A DNA stretch of 63,918 nucleotides, counting the filler, from Octopus bimaculoides (Eukaryota): NCBI RefSeq assembly GCF_001194135.2. It is 4 parts of 4 records of this genome, joined end to end, with 100 filler letters (N's around TTAATTAATTAA, not from the genome) between each part and the next. Parts side by side here need not be neighbours in the genome. Positions count along the whole stretch, not along the records: positions 31,380 to 59,817 come from NC_069009.1; 3 more parts are not named here. One strand, 5' to 3'. Under the pieces are notes generated by a model. It did no database searches and had not been told where the DNA came from. It worked only from the letters and a program-made list of their open reading frames with translations. The position numbers and the translations under genes are program-made. Positions 39,007 through 51,573 of this stretch are shown here, one piece after another (positions within the stretch are counted from its first letter, which is position 1; each line of letters begins with the position of its first letter).

Positions 39007-39420
39007 ATGTTAGTGAGAGTCGATTGGGTGGTAACTGGTGGTATTATGTGTTGGTATACCTTTTAAATGTATATTTATATATGAGGGCGGTTAGATAGTT
39101 GGTTGGAGTATTTGTGTTCATGTCTTCCCATCGTCGTCGTCATTTTACATTCACTTTCCATGCTGGCATGGGTTACACAGTTTGACTGGAGTTGGTAAGC
39201 TGGTGAGCTACACCAGGCTCCAATTATCTATATTGACATAGCTTCTACAGCTTGATGCCCTTCCTAATGCCAACTGTGAGTGTAACACGATGACGATGAG
39301 AAGACATGAACACAAATATTCCAACCAACTGTCTAACCACTCTCATATATAGATATACATTTAAAAGGTATACCAACACATAATACCACCAGTCACCACC
39401 CAATTGACTCTCACTAACAT
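39007..39420. repeat. Intronic inverted duplication, ~132-bp arms (39007-39140, 39287-39420)
   Basis: Arms are ~92% reverse-complementary; the spacer is a family C SINE fragment. Confidence 0.92.
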
Positions 39421-39449
39421 ACATACATACATACATACATACATACTGA

Positions 39450-39880
39450 ATGTACTGGGTGTTTTTTATGTGGCATGGGTACTTCTTTGTATGGGTACTT
39501 TTTATGTGGAACCAGCAGAGGTGCATTTCATGTGCCACTGGCTCAAGAGCTCTTTATGTGATACTAGCATGGGTGCTCTTAGGGCACCAGCAAGTGCACT
39601 CTTTACATGGCACCAGCACAAGTGCTTTTCACGTGGCACCAGTATGTGTGCTTTTCATATAGTACTGGCACAGGTACTTTTCATGTGGCACCAACAAGAG
39701 TGCTCTTTATGTGACACCAGTACGGGTGCTTTTCATGTGACACTGGCATGGGTGCTTTTCCCATGGTATAGGCACGGGTGCTTTTTATATAGCACCACCG
39801 TGGGTTTGTTCAACATGGTGCTTGCATGGGTACTCTTACCATGAGACTGGCACAGGTGCTTTTTGCATGACTCTGGCATC
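39450..39880. repeat. Degenerate ~27-bp minisatellite (cttttcatgtggcaccagcatgggtg-like)
   Basis: About 14 diverged units resembling the 'gggtgcttttacgtgtcacc' segment of family C SINEs. Confidence 0.8.
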
Positions 39881-40170
39881 TGTAAATACATATGGATATG
39901 TGAGGGTGGACTGACTGCGGACTGATATTTTGTGTAGTTACACAAAGGCTCTCTACATTCTGCGACATTGTTTTGCTTATCTACTATGCTGGTGCAGTCA
40001 CCTAGAGGTTCTGAGTTCAAATCCAAGTTAGGTACTTAGGTAATTTACAAAACAAATCAACTGAAGTAAAAACTATCAAGGAACATAGAGAGTGGAATGA
40101 GAGCAGTGTACCCCTGTGGATCAAAAAAGAGTTAGCTTCAGAATTCCAATACAGCAACTGAGTTCAACAC

Positions 40171-40275
40171 AAGACACCTGAAGAGGACTGGAGCATGCAA
40201 CAGCTGACGCATAGTGAAAGCCACAATCAAGATAAGGAGACCAGTTTGACTAATATAAAATGCGTACATAATCTG
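40171..40275 (+). mobile_element. Degenerate hammerhead-containing 3' end related to the 58.6-kb element
   Basis: 'aagacacctgaagaggactggagcatgcaacagctgacgcatagtg...caagataagga' is collinear and gap-free with 58796-58860. Confidence 0.6.
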
Positions 40276-40319
40276 TAAATGTTTATTAATATGTACTCCC
40301 TTTCTATATTACAAATCAG

Positions 40320-40505
40320 GAAAGAACACTTGTTACTCCCTGTACCATTCGAACTCCTGAAGGATCTGTGTAAGGATCTTGCTTACCACGTTTACTCGCT
40401 CTGTAAACCCTTGTTGCAAGGACGTAAACCAAGTAAGCAAGCTGTTGAAGAGAAATACAGCCAGATCATTACAGTATTTCATTTACTCCTGGAACAAGCT
40501 TGCAG
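40320..40505 (+). CDS. MEI1: MEI1-like exon b (186 nt, phase 2-2)
   Basis: aaatcag|G...CAG|gt. Peptide KEHLLLPVPFELLKDLCKDL...PLLQGR...FHLLLEQAC aligns to recalled 'KDHQ.PPV.YGEL..LLE.ML...TLL.RR...FRSAC'. Confidence 0.85.
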
Positions 40506-41019
40506 GTACTCCTTACTCTATTTATGTCTTTGGTCTTATTAACTTTGGTTTATTTTATAACTGAATTTTGTGTGGCACTATAAAATTAGTGTGGTGGTGT
40601 GTAGCTTAGTGGTTAGGGTGTTGAACTCACAATTGTAAGATTGCGGTTTCAGTTCCTGGACTGGACAATGTGTTGTGTTCTTGAACAAAACACTTCACTT
40701 CACTCTGCTCCAATTCACTCAGCTGCAGAAATGAGTACCACTAGTGGAGGCACGTGGATTAGAGGTTAGGGTGTTGGATTCATGACCACAAGATTGTGGT
40801 TTCAATCTCTGGACCAGGTGATCCATTGTGTCCTTGAGAAAAACATTTCATGTTAATCTAGTTCACTCAGCTCGAGAAATGAGTGTAGCCTGGAGAGAGA
40901 TGGGCTCCACCAGGTTTTCTCGCCCTAAATATGCTGCATGACTGCAGCACCCCAACAACCCCCAAAAGGTTAAGGGACTTGTCAATTATTAATTGTCAAT
41001 AAAATTAGTCTTGAGGGAG

Positions 41020-43675
41020 AGGTGCATAGTGATGCCTACTCAGTGGTCAAAGTAAATGGTCACCTTTCGGAGCCATTTCGTATTGTGTGCTCAATCCATC
41101 AGAAGTGCCTTTCATCTCTTTTATACATTCTGGTACTCGAGCCTGAAGCTAGAACTGTTAAGGGGCATCTCTTTCGAATGGAGATGTGAGAGAGCAGTGT
41201 TGGCGTATGCAGATAGCATCAAGATTATGATATCAGACATGATGGAAGTTCAGGGATTCAAATCTATTTTGAAGGAATACAATGTGATGGCAGCAGCTAA
41301 GATACACCTGAAGTCAGTAGGCTTGCAGCTTAGCAACTGGACAGGTAAGTCTATTCAAACAAACAGCATAATAGGTTGATGGACAGATGGACCAGTGAAA
41401 ATACTTGGGGTCTGGTTTGGCCCAGACCTCCAGATGGGAAAGAACTGGGATGACTTTATAACTTACCACCTGGCCATTGCACCTTGCATTTGGCCTTACT
41501 GGAATGTTTACTTTTCCACTTTCCTGTAGAAAGGATGCATCCCATTGGTCAGCTTGTCCATCTGTTGCCAGCACCCTCTTGAAGACAGGGTTGGCATGCC
41601 ATGGCTGCTAATGTACAGACACATGCCGTGACTATGTTACTTACGGATTTTCCTGGACAGTAAACTGTTGTGGTCTCCGTTTGCAAGACATGCCTTTCTG
41701 CAGCTCATCTCTTTGATGGAGAGGCAATTGTGGGTGAAGAAAAGACCAAAAGTGGGAACCTGGTATCTGAAATGTCGTCAGGTGCTCATTGCCCCTTACC
41801 AGTTGAGCAATGCAGTTGGTAGAAGTTCTATGTTAGCAATATATAGAAATCTAGTGGTGGGCAAGAGCAACGACATTTTCAGTGAGGATGAAGTAGCTGG
41901 TCTGCTTCAGAGGACTTTCAGGTCTGGTACTACCACACATCATCATCATCATTTAGCATCTGCTTTCCATGCTGGCAAGGATTAGATGGTTTGACAGAAA
42001 CTGGTAAGCTAGAAGGCTGCACCAGGTTTCAATCTGATTTGGCATGGTTTCTACAGTTGGATGCCCTTCCTCACACCAACCACTCCAAAAGTGTAATGGG
42101 TGCTTTTTACATGCCACTGGCATGGGTGCCAGTTACCTAACACTGGCATTGGCCACAACTTCAATTTCATTTGGCTTGACAGGTCTTCTCAAGCACAGCA
42201 TATCACCAAAGGTCTTGGCCACTTATCATTGCCTCCATGAGGCCCAATGTTTGAAGTGTGCTTTTTAATTGCTACCAGCACAGGTGCCAGTTATATGGCA
42301 CTGACATCGGCCCTGGCCTGGCAGTTATAGAGGAGCACTGCCAGTTCAAGACAAACCTTACAGGCATGAAAGTGCTGCCAAGTGGTACCTGTCTGAAATG
42401 TGTGCGGAGCAACAAAACCATTTTGCACATGCTCATGCAGTGTCCAAGTATTGCTGACCTGTGGGGTTATGTCAAGCAACTGTTATCACATGTGGAAGAA
42501 ACCTGAGTATCAGCCAAATCCATCATGAGGATCACCTCACCACCCACCTTTAATGAAGCAGGGCAGGTGGTGTTCCTCTGTTTAGTGGCTATGGCAAAAG
42601 AGGTTGTGGTGGACAAGGTTGAAAGGATTGAGGAAAGACACCTTCCTCTTTGGTCAAGCTCTCCTGAAATTTCTAAGTTCCACCTGGAAAGGAAAATGAA
42701 GGTAGAGAGGAAAGTGCTACCCCCCAGTGAATTTGTGGAAAGACAGGGGACTGTGGGGGGAAATGGTGAGAATGAATGACCCTACCCTCAATATGTGCCT
42801 GTAGATTGAAAAGCAGGAGAGAGGGATCGTACTTTTAGTGGTCAGGGTAATCCTGGATCTGTGGGGTCATTGATTAGCCCTAGTTGGTGGCTATGGCAAA
42901 AGAGGTTGTGTGGCAGACGAGGTTGAAAGGAAAGACATCTTTTTTGGTCAAGCTCTCCATAAATTTCTAAGTTCCACTTGGAAAGGAAAGTGAGTGTGGA
43001 GAGAGAAGTATTACCTCCCAGTGAATTTGTGAAAAAGTGGGCTTGGTTTCGCTTGGCTTCATGCTCTTGCTTGATTGGGTAGGGATCATTTAAAGTTAGT
43101 GATTTCAGAGACATCATCATGAGTAGAGCCAATCAGGACCACAAGTGCTCTCCATTCCTGGTGGTCCCATTCTGCAAGGTGACATTGAGTCTCTGGAGGT
43201 CTTCAATCACATCCAGCTGTCTTGTGCGGGACCTGCCATAAGGCTTCTTCCAACCCACAGCTGTTGTGTTGAATGAGATTAAAGCCCTGGTAGGATAATC
43301 TAGCAGGAGATGGAGGATATGTCTGTATCAGTGCTTACAACGGATAGCCATGAGGTGGGAGGCTGTGGGCTTATGTATGCGCATATACAGTTCTTTGTTG
43401 GAAGAAGCTGTTGATCCTCTTTGTCAGGTTCTTCAAGAGGGGTCATGTTTCTGCTCCATAAAGGAGAATGGAGAGGACCAGTGCATTGTAGATGCAGAAC
43501 TTCATCTTCTGAGAGAGAAAAGGTGGGGGACTCTAACAAAAGTGATTAGGTGAATGGATCTGCTCTAAGCATGTACCTGTAGATTGAGGAACAGCAGTTG
43601 GGAGAGGGCTCATGCTTTTGGTGGTCAGGGTAACCCTGGATCTGTGAGGTTCCTTCATTGACCCTAGTTGGAGTT
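41020..43675 (+). mobile_element. Fragmented L1/Tx1-clade LINE (RT, CCHC knuckle, duplicated 3' region)
   Basis: 'VNGHLSEPFRIVCSIHQKC.LS.LLYILVLEP', 'AYADS', 'KILGVWFGPD', 'CLKC....TILHMLMQCP'. Interrupted by a family C SINE (41936-42255, -) and an RTE fragment (43095-43300, -). Confidence 0.8.
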
Positions 43676-44247
43676 TCTTCTGTATCAGGAAGACTACATC
43701 AGTCATGTGTTCACATATTTTGTATGCTATCTTTTACTTTTCTTTTATCTTCTATTTGCTTCAGTCATTAGACTACGGCCATGCTGGGGCACCGCCTTGA
43801 AGAACTTTTAATCAAATGAATTGACCCCAGTACTTATTTTTTTAAAGCTTGGTGCTTATTCTGTCAGCCTCTTTTGCCAAACCACTATGTTATGAGGATG
43901 TAAAAATACCAGCACCAGATGTCAAGCAGTGACAGGACACACACACACATATATATACATGACGGGCTTCTTTCAGTTTCCATTTACCAAATTCATTCAC
44001 AAGGTTTTAATCAGCCTGAGGCTATAGTAGAAGACACTTGCCCAAGGTACCACGCTGTGAGACTGAACATAGAATCATATGGTTGGGAAGCAAGCTTCTT
44101 ACCTTTGTAACTCCTTGCTTTTGTTTATCACAGTGATGGTTTTCTATTTGAGTGTTTCATTGTTTGTTGTTTTTTTTAATGGTTTTGTTGTTGCTGTGTT
44201 TGTGTGTTTTCTTCTCTTTGTTGTGCTTTTGTGTTTTCTTCTTGCAG

Positions 44248-44404
44248 TTTTTGTGTTGTGTGTGAGAAGGATCCAAGGACTTGTGAAACTAATTACAGAG
44301 CTCCAATGTTGAAAGAAACATCAGAGAGTTGTGTTAAACCAGTGGAAAAGTTTGCTAAACTATTGTTAGAAATAACCGATACTTGTAGTCTTCCACTGAT
44401 TATG
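44248..44404 (+). CDS. MEI1: MEI1-like exon c (157 nt, phase 2-0)
   Basis: ttttcttcttgcag|...ATG|gtaaac. Peptide SFCVVCEKDP..CETNYRAP...VEKFAKLLLEITDTCSLPLIM vs recalled 'RLAIEFQSEP..QENPFTAP...[21 protein letters not shown]'. Confidence 0.88.
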
Positions 44405-45473
44405 GTAAACCAATGTTTGGTTCTCACGTCTTTTATTGGATAACAGTTCTTACCAGTTGGTAGTGTTTTAATTTTACTAACTTCTTGAAATATACAATAT
44501 TGGTTTCAGATTTTGGCACAATGCCAGTAATTTCAGGGGAAGGGGTTAGTCTGGTATGTCAACCCCAGTATTTAACTAGTACTTATTTAATCAAACCCGA
44601 AAGGATGAACAGCTAAGTCAACTTCTGTGGAATTTGAACTCATAAGGTAGATGGATGAAATGCTGCTAAACATTTTGCTTGGTGTGCTAATGGTTCTGTC
44701 AATACGACACCTTAAATTGACCTTGGTGGAATTTGAACTCAGAACATAAAGGACAAGGTGGTGCTAAGCATTAAGCCCAGCATGCTAATGATTCTGCCAC
44801 CTCACTGCCTGCAATATTGTTTACTTGTTGTTGTTACTTAATCCTCAGTTGTCAGTCCTGATCTAGGATGTAGCATATGTATGATCAGAGATGTTCCAAC
44901 CATGACCATCACATCTTTTATTCAGACATAATGTATCAAGGGCTACATTATCTAATGTATAGTATATGATTGTCAGCATTAGTGGCTATAGTAGTTGTTT
45001 AGCCCCAGGTCACTCTTGATTCATCAGACCTTTGATCAAAGACATTCCAGCTGTGTCCATTCTGTCTTTATTCAGACATTGTGTATCTAGGAATACATTA
45101 ATGTATTGTATACAGGACTGGATTAAGACCCATAGAGGCCCTAAGCGCTTAAACTTATGGTTGTCAATTGCAAAGACTTTAATCAGATCATCACAATGAT
45201 ACCATGAACACTTTGAAATTATATTTCCCAAAATACAAACCACCTCCAGTATTACGTTAACAAGTTTAAAGTGATTTCTTTTGTGCTGTAAACCATTTAC
45301 CAGTACTGTTGTTCCCCTCCCTCCATCTTTCCTTGATGCCCTAAGCACGTGATTATTTTGCTTAATGGTTAACCCAGTGTTGATTGTTTGGCTGTTAATG
45401 TCACAGTTGTTATTAATGAGGATAATTACTTCTTACATTTGTAAAAAAGATCCCCTGATATTAAAAGAGGCAT

Positions 45474-45898
45474 TTGTTGGCACTCCGTTGCTTACGATGT
45501 CGAGGGTTCCAGTTGATCCGATCAATGGAACAGCCTGCTCGTGAAATTAACGTGCAAGTGGCTGAGCACTCCACAGACACGTGTACCCTTAACGTAGTTC
45601 TCGGAGATATTCAGTGTGACACAGTGTGACAAGGCTGACCCATTGAATTACAGGTACAACAGAAACAGGAAGTAAGAGTGAGAGAAAGTTGTGGTGGAAG
45701 AGTACAGCAGGGTTCGCCANNNNNNNNNNGTTGTGGTGGAAGAGTACAGCAGGGTTCGCCACCATCCCTTGCCGGAGCCTCGTGGAGCTTTAGGTGTTTT
45801 CGCTCAATAAACACTCACAACATCCAGTCTAGGAATCGAAACCGCGATCCTATGACCGCGAGTCCGCTGCCCTAACCACTGGGCCATTGCGCCTCCAC
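45474..45898 (-). mobile_element. Full-length tRNA-derived SINE (family E) with 12-bp TSD
   Basis: Head 'gtggaggcgcaatggcccagtggttagggcagcgg...ggtttcgattcc'. TSD 'taaaagaggcat' at 45462-45473 and 45899-45910. Related fragments at ~34240-34520, 40600-40870 and 46480-46830. Confidence 0.9.
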
Positions 45899-47185
45899 TA
45901 AAAGAGGCATAAATTTGATTAAATTCACAACTATGTATGTGATTATTTTGAAAATACCTCCTTTGTCAAGGCATGGCACCAGTTCATCGACCGTGCTAGG
46001 GATATGATAAAATCAAGGGACTGCAGCATGGCGGATTGTGAAGAGGTGGTGAAAGAGCTCAACTGAGCCAACAGTGCTTCTTATATTGATGCTGAGTAGA
46101 GGAACCCTAGAAGACCAATAGTCAGGATCACCAAGCTCTATCAAGAGAGTAACTGCAATGCATCCATTGGGATGGTATCCATGGTTGTGTAATCGGTTAA
46201 TGAAAGATTCACTATGTCTCAAGCCTGTCAATTCTGTTCCCAGGATCCCTGAGAGAGCCATGGGGACAGAGTCCTCAGGCTTGAGTCATATCTGATGTAT
46301 GATAATACTAAATAGGATTAGTGGCTATAGTTGTCTGTTGTTGTTTAGCCCTAGGTCAGTCCTGATCCGGCAGACCTATGATGTCCCAGCTGTGATTGTT
46401 CTATCTTTATTCGGATATACTGGAACATCATCGGTTACAGGGATGAGAACTCCAGTTGCTCCAGTCAACAGAACAGCCTGCTCATGAGATTGACATGCAA
46501 GTGGCTGAGTTTTCTACAGACATACATACCCTTAACACAGTTCTTGGGAAGGTTCAGTGTAATGCAGAATGTGACATTTACCACTCATTTTTGCCAGCAC
46601 ATTGTGTCCTTGAGCGAGGCACTTTATTTCACGTTGCCCCATTCCACTCAGCTGGCAAAAATGAGTAGTACCTGTAATTTCAAAGGGCCAGCCTTGTCAC
46701 ACTCTGTCATGCTGAATCTCCCTGAAAACAACATTAAGGGTATACTTGTCTGTGGAGTACTCAGCCACTTGCACATTAATTTCAAAAGCAGTCTGTTCTG
46801 TTGTTCAGATCAACTGGAACATTTGTCATCATAACTGACAGAGTACCAGTTTCCTTTGTTTTTTTTATTTAGGCATAGTGTATCTAGGACTACAATATCT
46901 AATGTATAATATAGTTATTAATGTTAGTGGTTATTGTCATTGTCATTGTTTAGCTCCCGGTCAGTTCTGATTCAGCAGACCTATGATCAAAGGCATTCCA
47001 ATTGTGACCATCCTATATTTTATTTAGACACAATGTATCTAGAATAACATTATCAAGTTCAAATTCTGCCGAAGTCAACTTTGCCTTTCATCCTTTTGGG
47101 GGTCGATGAAATAAGTACCAGTTATGTACTGGGTCGATGTAATCGACTAACCCCCTCCCCTCAAATTTCAGTCCTTGTGCCCATA

Positions 47186-47460
47186 GTCATCATCATCGTT
47201 GCTTAACGTCCGCTTTCCATGCTAGCATGGGTTGAACGATTTGACTGAGGACTGGTGGACCAGGAGGCGACACCAGGCTCCAATCTGATCTGACAGAGTT
47301 TCTTCAGCTGGATGCCCTTCCTAACGTCAACCACTCCAAGAGTGTAGTGGGTGCTTTTATGTGCCGCTGGCACGAGGGCCAGTCAGGCAGTACTGGCAAC
47401 GGCCACGCTCGAAATGGTGTATTTTACGTGTCACCTGCACAGGAGCCAGTCCATCGGCAA
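47186..47460 (-). mobile_element. SINE family C ((ATG)n-tailed)
   Basis: 'catcatcatcgtt..taacgtccgctttccatgctagcatgggtt...ctggatgcccttcctaacg'. Also at 41936, 53020 (+) and 59598. Confidence 0.85.
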
Positions 47461-48207
47461 CAATTATCTAATGTGTCCTTTCAAAGATACATAAGGATGT
47501 GGTGGGACAAAGATTTAACTGCTGTTTCTAGCAGTTAATAACATAATCACCTCTAATCCATTTCACTAATATTTCCTTCTCTGTATAGAATAATGTCTGT
47601 GTGGTTAAATGTTTTTATTGTAGGAAAAGGCTTTGAAAGACAATGGAAGACTTTGCAATAAAGTAAAAGAAAGCTTAATTTGTTATCATAGGTTTTTCTG
47701 TTACAGTGTCTTTATCTTTTACTTGTTTCACTCATTAGACTGTGGCCATGCTGGGGTAACACCTTGAAGAGATTTAGTCGAATGAATCAGCACTAGAACT
47801 TTATTTTTTTTTTAAAGTCTGGTACTTATTTCATTGATCTCTTTTGTCAAACTGCTAAGTTATGGAAATATAAGCACAACAGCAGTAGTTGTTAAGCACT
47901 GGTACGGTCAAACGCAGACACAAAGAGACACATGCACACACACACATTTGCTTTTATCCAAAATGGAGACAAACATCATTCTTCCATGTGAGGCTGTGTG
48001 GTAAGTAGCTTGCTTACCAATCACATTGTTCTGGGTTCAGTCCCACTGCGTGGCACCTTGGGCAAGTGTCTTCTACTATAGCCTCGGGCCAACCAAAGCC
48101 TCATGAGTGGATTTGGTAGACGGAAACTGAAAGAAGCCCGTCGTATATATGTATGTATATATATATATATATATATCAAACAATAAGCAACACGGATTTC
48201 AAAAGTG

Positions 48208-48245
<38 letters not shown>

Positions 48246-48960
48246 ATGTTTGTGTGTCTGTGTTTGTCCCCCCCAACTTCGCTTGACAACTGATGTTAGT
48301 CTGTTTACGTCCCTGTAACTTAGCGGTTCAGCAAAAAGACACCAATAGAATAAGTACTAGGCTTACAAAGAATAAGTCCTGGGGTCGATTTGCTCAACTA
48401 AAGGCAGTACCCCAGCATGGCCGCAGTCAAATGACTGAAGCAAGTAAAAGAGTAAAAGAAAATATTAAGACATTTTTCTTAACTTGAAACCAATGATAGC
48501 TTTAATACACAGATAAAGAAATTCTATCCACCAATGCAATGTTGAGCACTCATTTTCATCATTTGACATTTACTTGTATATGTACACACACACACAGACA
48601 CAAACACATGATGATGAGCTTCTTTCAGTTTCTGTCTACCAAATCCTCTCACAAGGCTTTTATTCAGCGCGAGGCTATTGTAGAAAGCACTTGTCCAAGG
48701 TGCCATGCAGTGGGACGTGGTTGGGAAGCAAGCTTCTCCCCACACAGCCACTCCTGCACATTATACTCATCACATAGTTTTTCATTGCCTTTCAGAGCCT
48801 CTCCTACAAATGGCAATTAACCATACGGACATTATCCTATCCTATACTCAACCCATGTTGCTTGAGATGTATAACATATTATTCTTCTTAAGTGTCTGTC
48901 AGAAAAAAATGTCTTTATAAACAGGTTTTAATATAATGTTTAATTCTGCTTCCCATCCAG

Positions 48961-49121
48961 GCAATCGGAGAGAACTGTCTGAACCATGAACTCTACCAAA
49001 AGTTCTTTTCCTACCTCAACATCCTCTACAAGTTTGAGCATGTCAACATGACACCTCAGTCTATGAAATTGTCAGCTTCCGGTTTCCTTATGATGATGCT
49101 TCAGTTGAAATATAAGTTCAG
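48961..49121 (+). CDS. MEI1: MEI1-like exon d (161 nt, phase 0-2)
   Basis: cttcccatccag|...AG|gtaggt. Peptide AIGENCLNHELYQKFFSYLNILY...SMKLSASGFLMMMLQLKYKF vs recalled '..HPALMEVFLSILHNLF...[21 protein letters not shown]'. Confidence 0.88.
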
Positions 49122-49439
49122 GTAGGTGACTTTCTGTTGTTGTTGTTCTTGTCGTCATCGTCATTGTCTTCTTCGTCTTCTTTTTCTTTGCTGTTCTTCT
49201 TCCTTGTTCTTCTCCCTCATTTTCCTCTTCTCCCCTTCCACTTCATCCTTTTCTTGTCTTCACCTCCTCCTCTTCCTTCTTTCTCTCCTTCACTACAGTG
49301 TGCCAAGTACCACAGTCGATGTACCTCACCAATTCCTGCCCTTCTGCCTATGTTCCCAACAATTATTATTCTCTGTTGTAACCATTTAATTATACTTCCT
49401 GTCACATCACACTCCAAGCCCTTCCAACCAAAAAGTCTT

Positions 49440-49700
49440 TTTATCTGCTCTTCCCATCTGTTCAGACTTTGTATCAAGTACTCTCCAGATAATTCTTCTT
49501 GAACCAAATAAAACAGATTTCCTGCACAAAACTCATTCCCAGATTGAGCTCTATTTTCTAAGGTTTACACTCAAATTCTTCAATACAGTTCCCAAGACCC
49601 CTAATAATAATTAGCAGGTTCATAGACTTCTCTGTTCCAGTTTTTGAGAATTTCATTCTTCAATTCACTATAATTCTCTCCCTTTTATTTTTGCTTATTA
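49440..49700 (-). mobile_element. RLE-type (R4/Dong/NeSL-like) LINE C-terminal fragment
   Basis: Frameshifted 'NYSELKNEILKNWN..P..LGVLGTVLKNL..NL...VQEICFI.GSRRIIWRVLD'. Confidence 0.6.
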
Positions 49701-49826
49701 TTAGTTGACTTTGCCTTTCATTTTTTAGGGGGTCAATAAGTTAACTACCTGTGAAACACTGGGGTTGATGTAATCAACCATCTCCCTTTCCCAAATCTCA
49801 GGCTTTGTGTCTTTAGTAGAAAGGAC

Positions 49827-49868
<42 letters not shown>

Positions 49869-50039
49869 GGTGGTGGGCTTAGTCGCATTTTGTCCATCTT
49901 GACATTCTGAGTTCAAATTCTGCCAAGGTCAGCTTTACCTTTCATCTTTACATAATCAAGAAAATATACACCAGTTGAGCACTGGGGTTAATATAATCAA
50001 CTTCTCCCTCGCCCTAAATTACTGGCCTTATGCCAAAAT

Positions 50040-50810
50040 TTGACTTTTCCAGGTCAAGTTCTCTTCACCAAGGGGAGTGGCATTAACACTTCTGCTATGG
50101 AGAATGGGTTTTCATGCGTACAACATAGTGCCAGATATCTTGGTCCTTTGTCATTTTTATAAGGTTCAGCATTCAGCATCCTGGGGTCATCCTTCAATAC
50201 TTCATCCTATGTCTTCCTGGGTCTCCCTCTTCCATGAGTTCCATCCACTTTGAGTGATTGGCACTTCTTCATGGAGCTGTTGTTTAGCCTAGGTCAGTCC
50301 TGATCCAGCAGACCACATCACATGCCTAAATTTTCTTTTAGCATGTTAGCACTCTCTCACACATATACAATTACATTGCACATCCAGTGGAGCATACTAG
50401 CCTCATTCTTCTCTAGCCTTCGCATGTCCTCAGCATTCAGGGCCCATGTCTCTCTTCATGTAGAATTGCTGTTTGTAGACATGCATCTTACAACCTTCTT
50501 TTCACTCAGAGAGAGAGACTTTTGATTGTCAACAGGGGTAAAAGTTCTCTGAATTTCTTCCATTCTATTCTTATTCTAGCTATTATACTTTCCATACATC
50601 TTCTCTAACTACTAATTTGGTCTCCTAGGTAACAGAAATTATCTACTATACCTCTAAAGAGCCTCTGGAGCATTTGAGAAAATCAATTTCCCGAGTATCT
50701 GTAGCTTTTATGTGCATCTTCCATATAGAAATACTACTTTCAATGATTACCTTCCTATTATTCCACTGCACCTCTTGTGTGTCCATAGCTTACACTGGGT
50801 ACACCATATA
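50040..50810 (-). mobile_element. RTE-clade LINE 3' fragment
   Basis: 'RIRIEWKKFRELLPLLT', 'AEDMRRLEKNEASMLHWMCNV', 'MKKCQSLKVDGTHGRGRPRKT'. Confidence 0.8.
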
Positions 50811-50826
50811 GAATTTGTGCTATATA

Positions 50827-50858
<32 letters not shown>

Positions 50859-51573
50859 ATAAAAGGATAAAATTAATTGATTTAATTAATTAATTAATCA
50901 ATTAATTTATAATTTTACCAAGTAGATCGGTACGTTAAAATAACNNNNNNNNNNNNNNNNNNNNNNNNNNNNNNNNNNNNNNNNNNNNNNNNNNNNNNNN
51001 NNNNNNNNNNNNNNNNNNNNNNNNNNNNNNNNNNNNNNNNNNNNNNNNNNNNNNNNNNNNNNNNNNNNNNNNNNNNNNNNNNNNNNNNNNNNNNNNNNNN
51101 NNNNNNNNNNNNNNNNNNNNNNNNNNNNNNNNNNNNNNNNNNNNNNNNNNNNNNNNNNNNNNNNNNNNNNNNNNNNNNNNNNNNNNNNNNNNNNNNNNNN
51201 NNNNNNNNNNNNNNNNNNNNNNNNNNNNNNNNNNNNNNNNNNNNNNNNNNNNNNNNNNNNNNNNNNNNNNNNNNNNNNNNNNNNNNNNNNNNNNNNNNNN
51301 NNNNNNNNNNNNNNNNNNNNNNNNNNNNNNNNNNNNNNNNNNNNNNNNNNNNNNNNNNNNNNNNNNNNNNNNNNNNNNNNNNNNNNNNNNNNNNNNNNNN
51401 NNNNNNNNNNNNNNNNNNNNNNNNNNNNNNNNNNNNNNNNNNNNNNNNNNNNNNNNNNNNNNNNNNNNNNNNNNNNNNNNNNNNNNNNNNNNNNNNNNNA
51501 TATATATGGTTGGCTTTTTTCAGTTTCTGTCTACCAAATCCACTCACAAAGCTTTGGTCAGTCCAAGACTATA

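Noticed and set aside
45688-45761. 32-bp direct repeat
   Set aside because: Identical copies on either side of a 10-N gap indicate an assembly overlap.
48796-48920. Candidate exon 'EPLLQMAINHTD...'
   Set aside because: Wrong phase and an in-frame stop; the exon at 48961 fits MEI1 much better.
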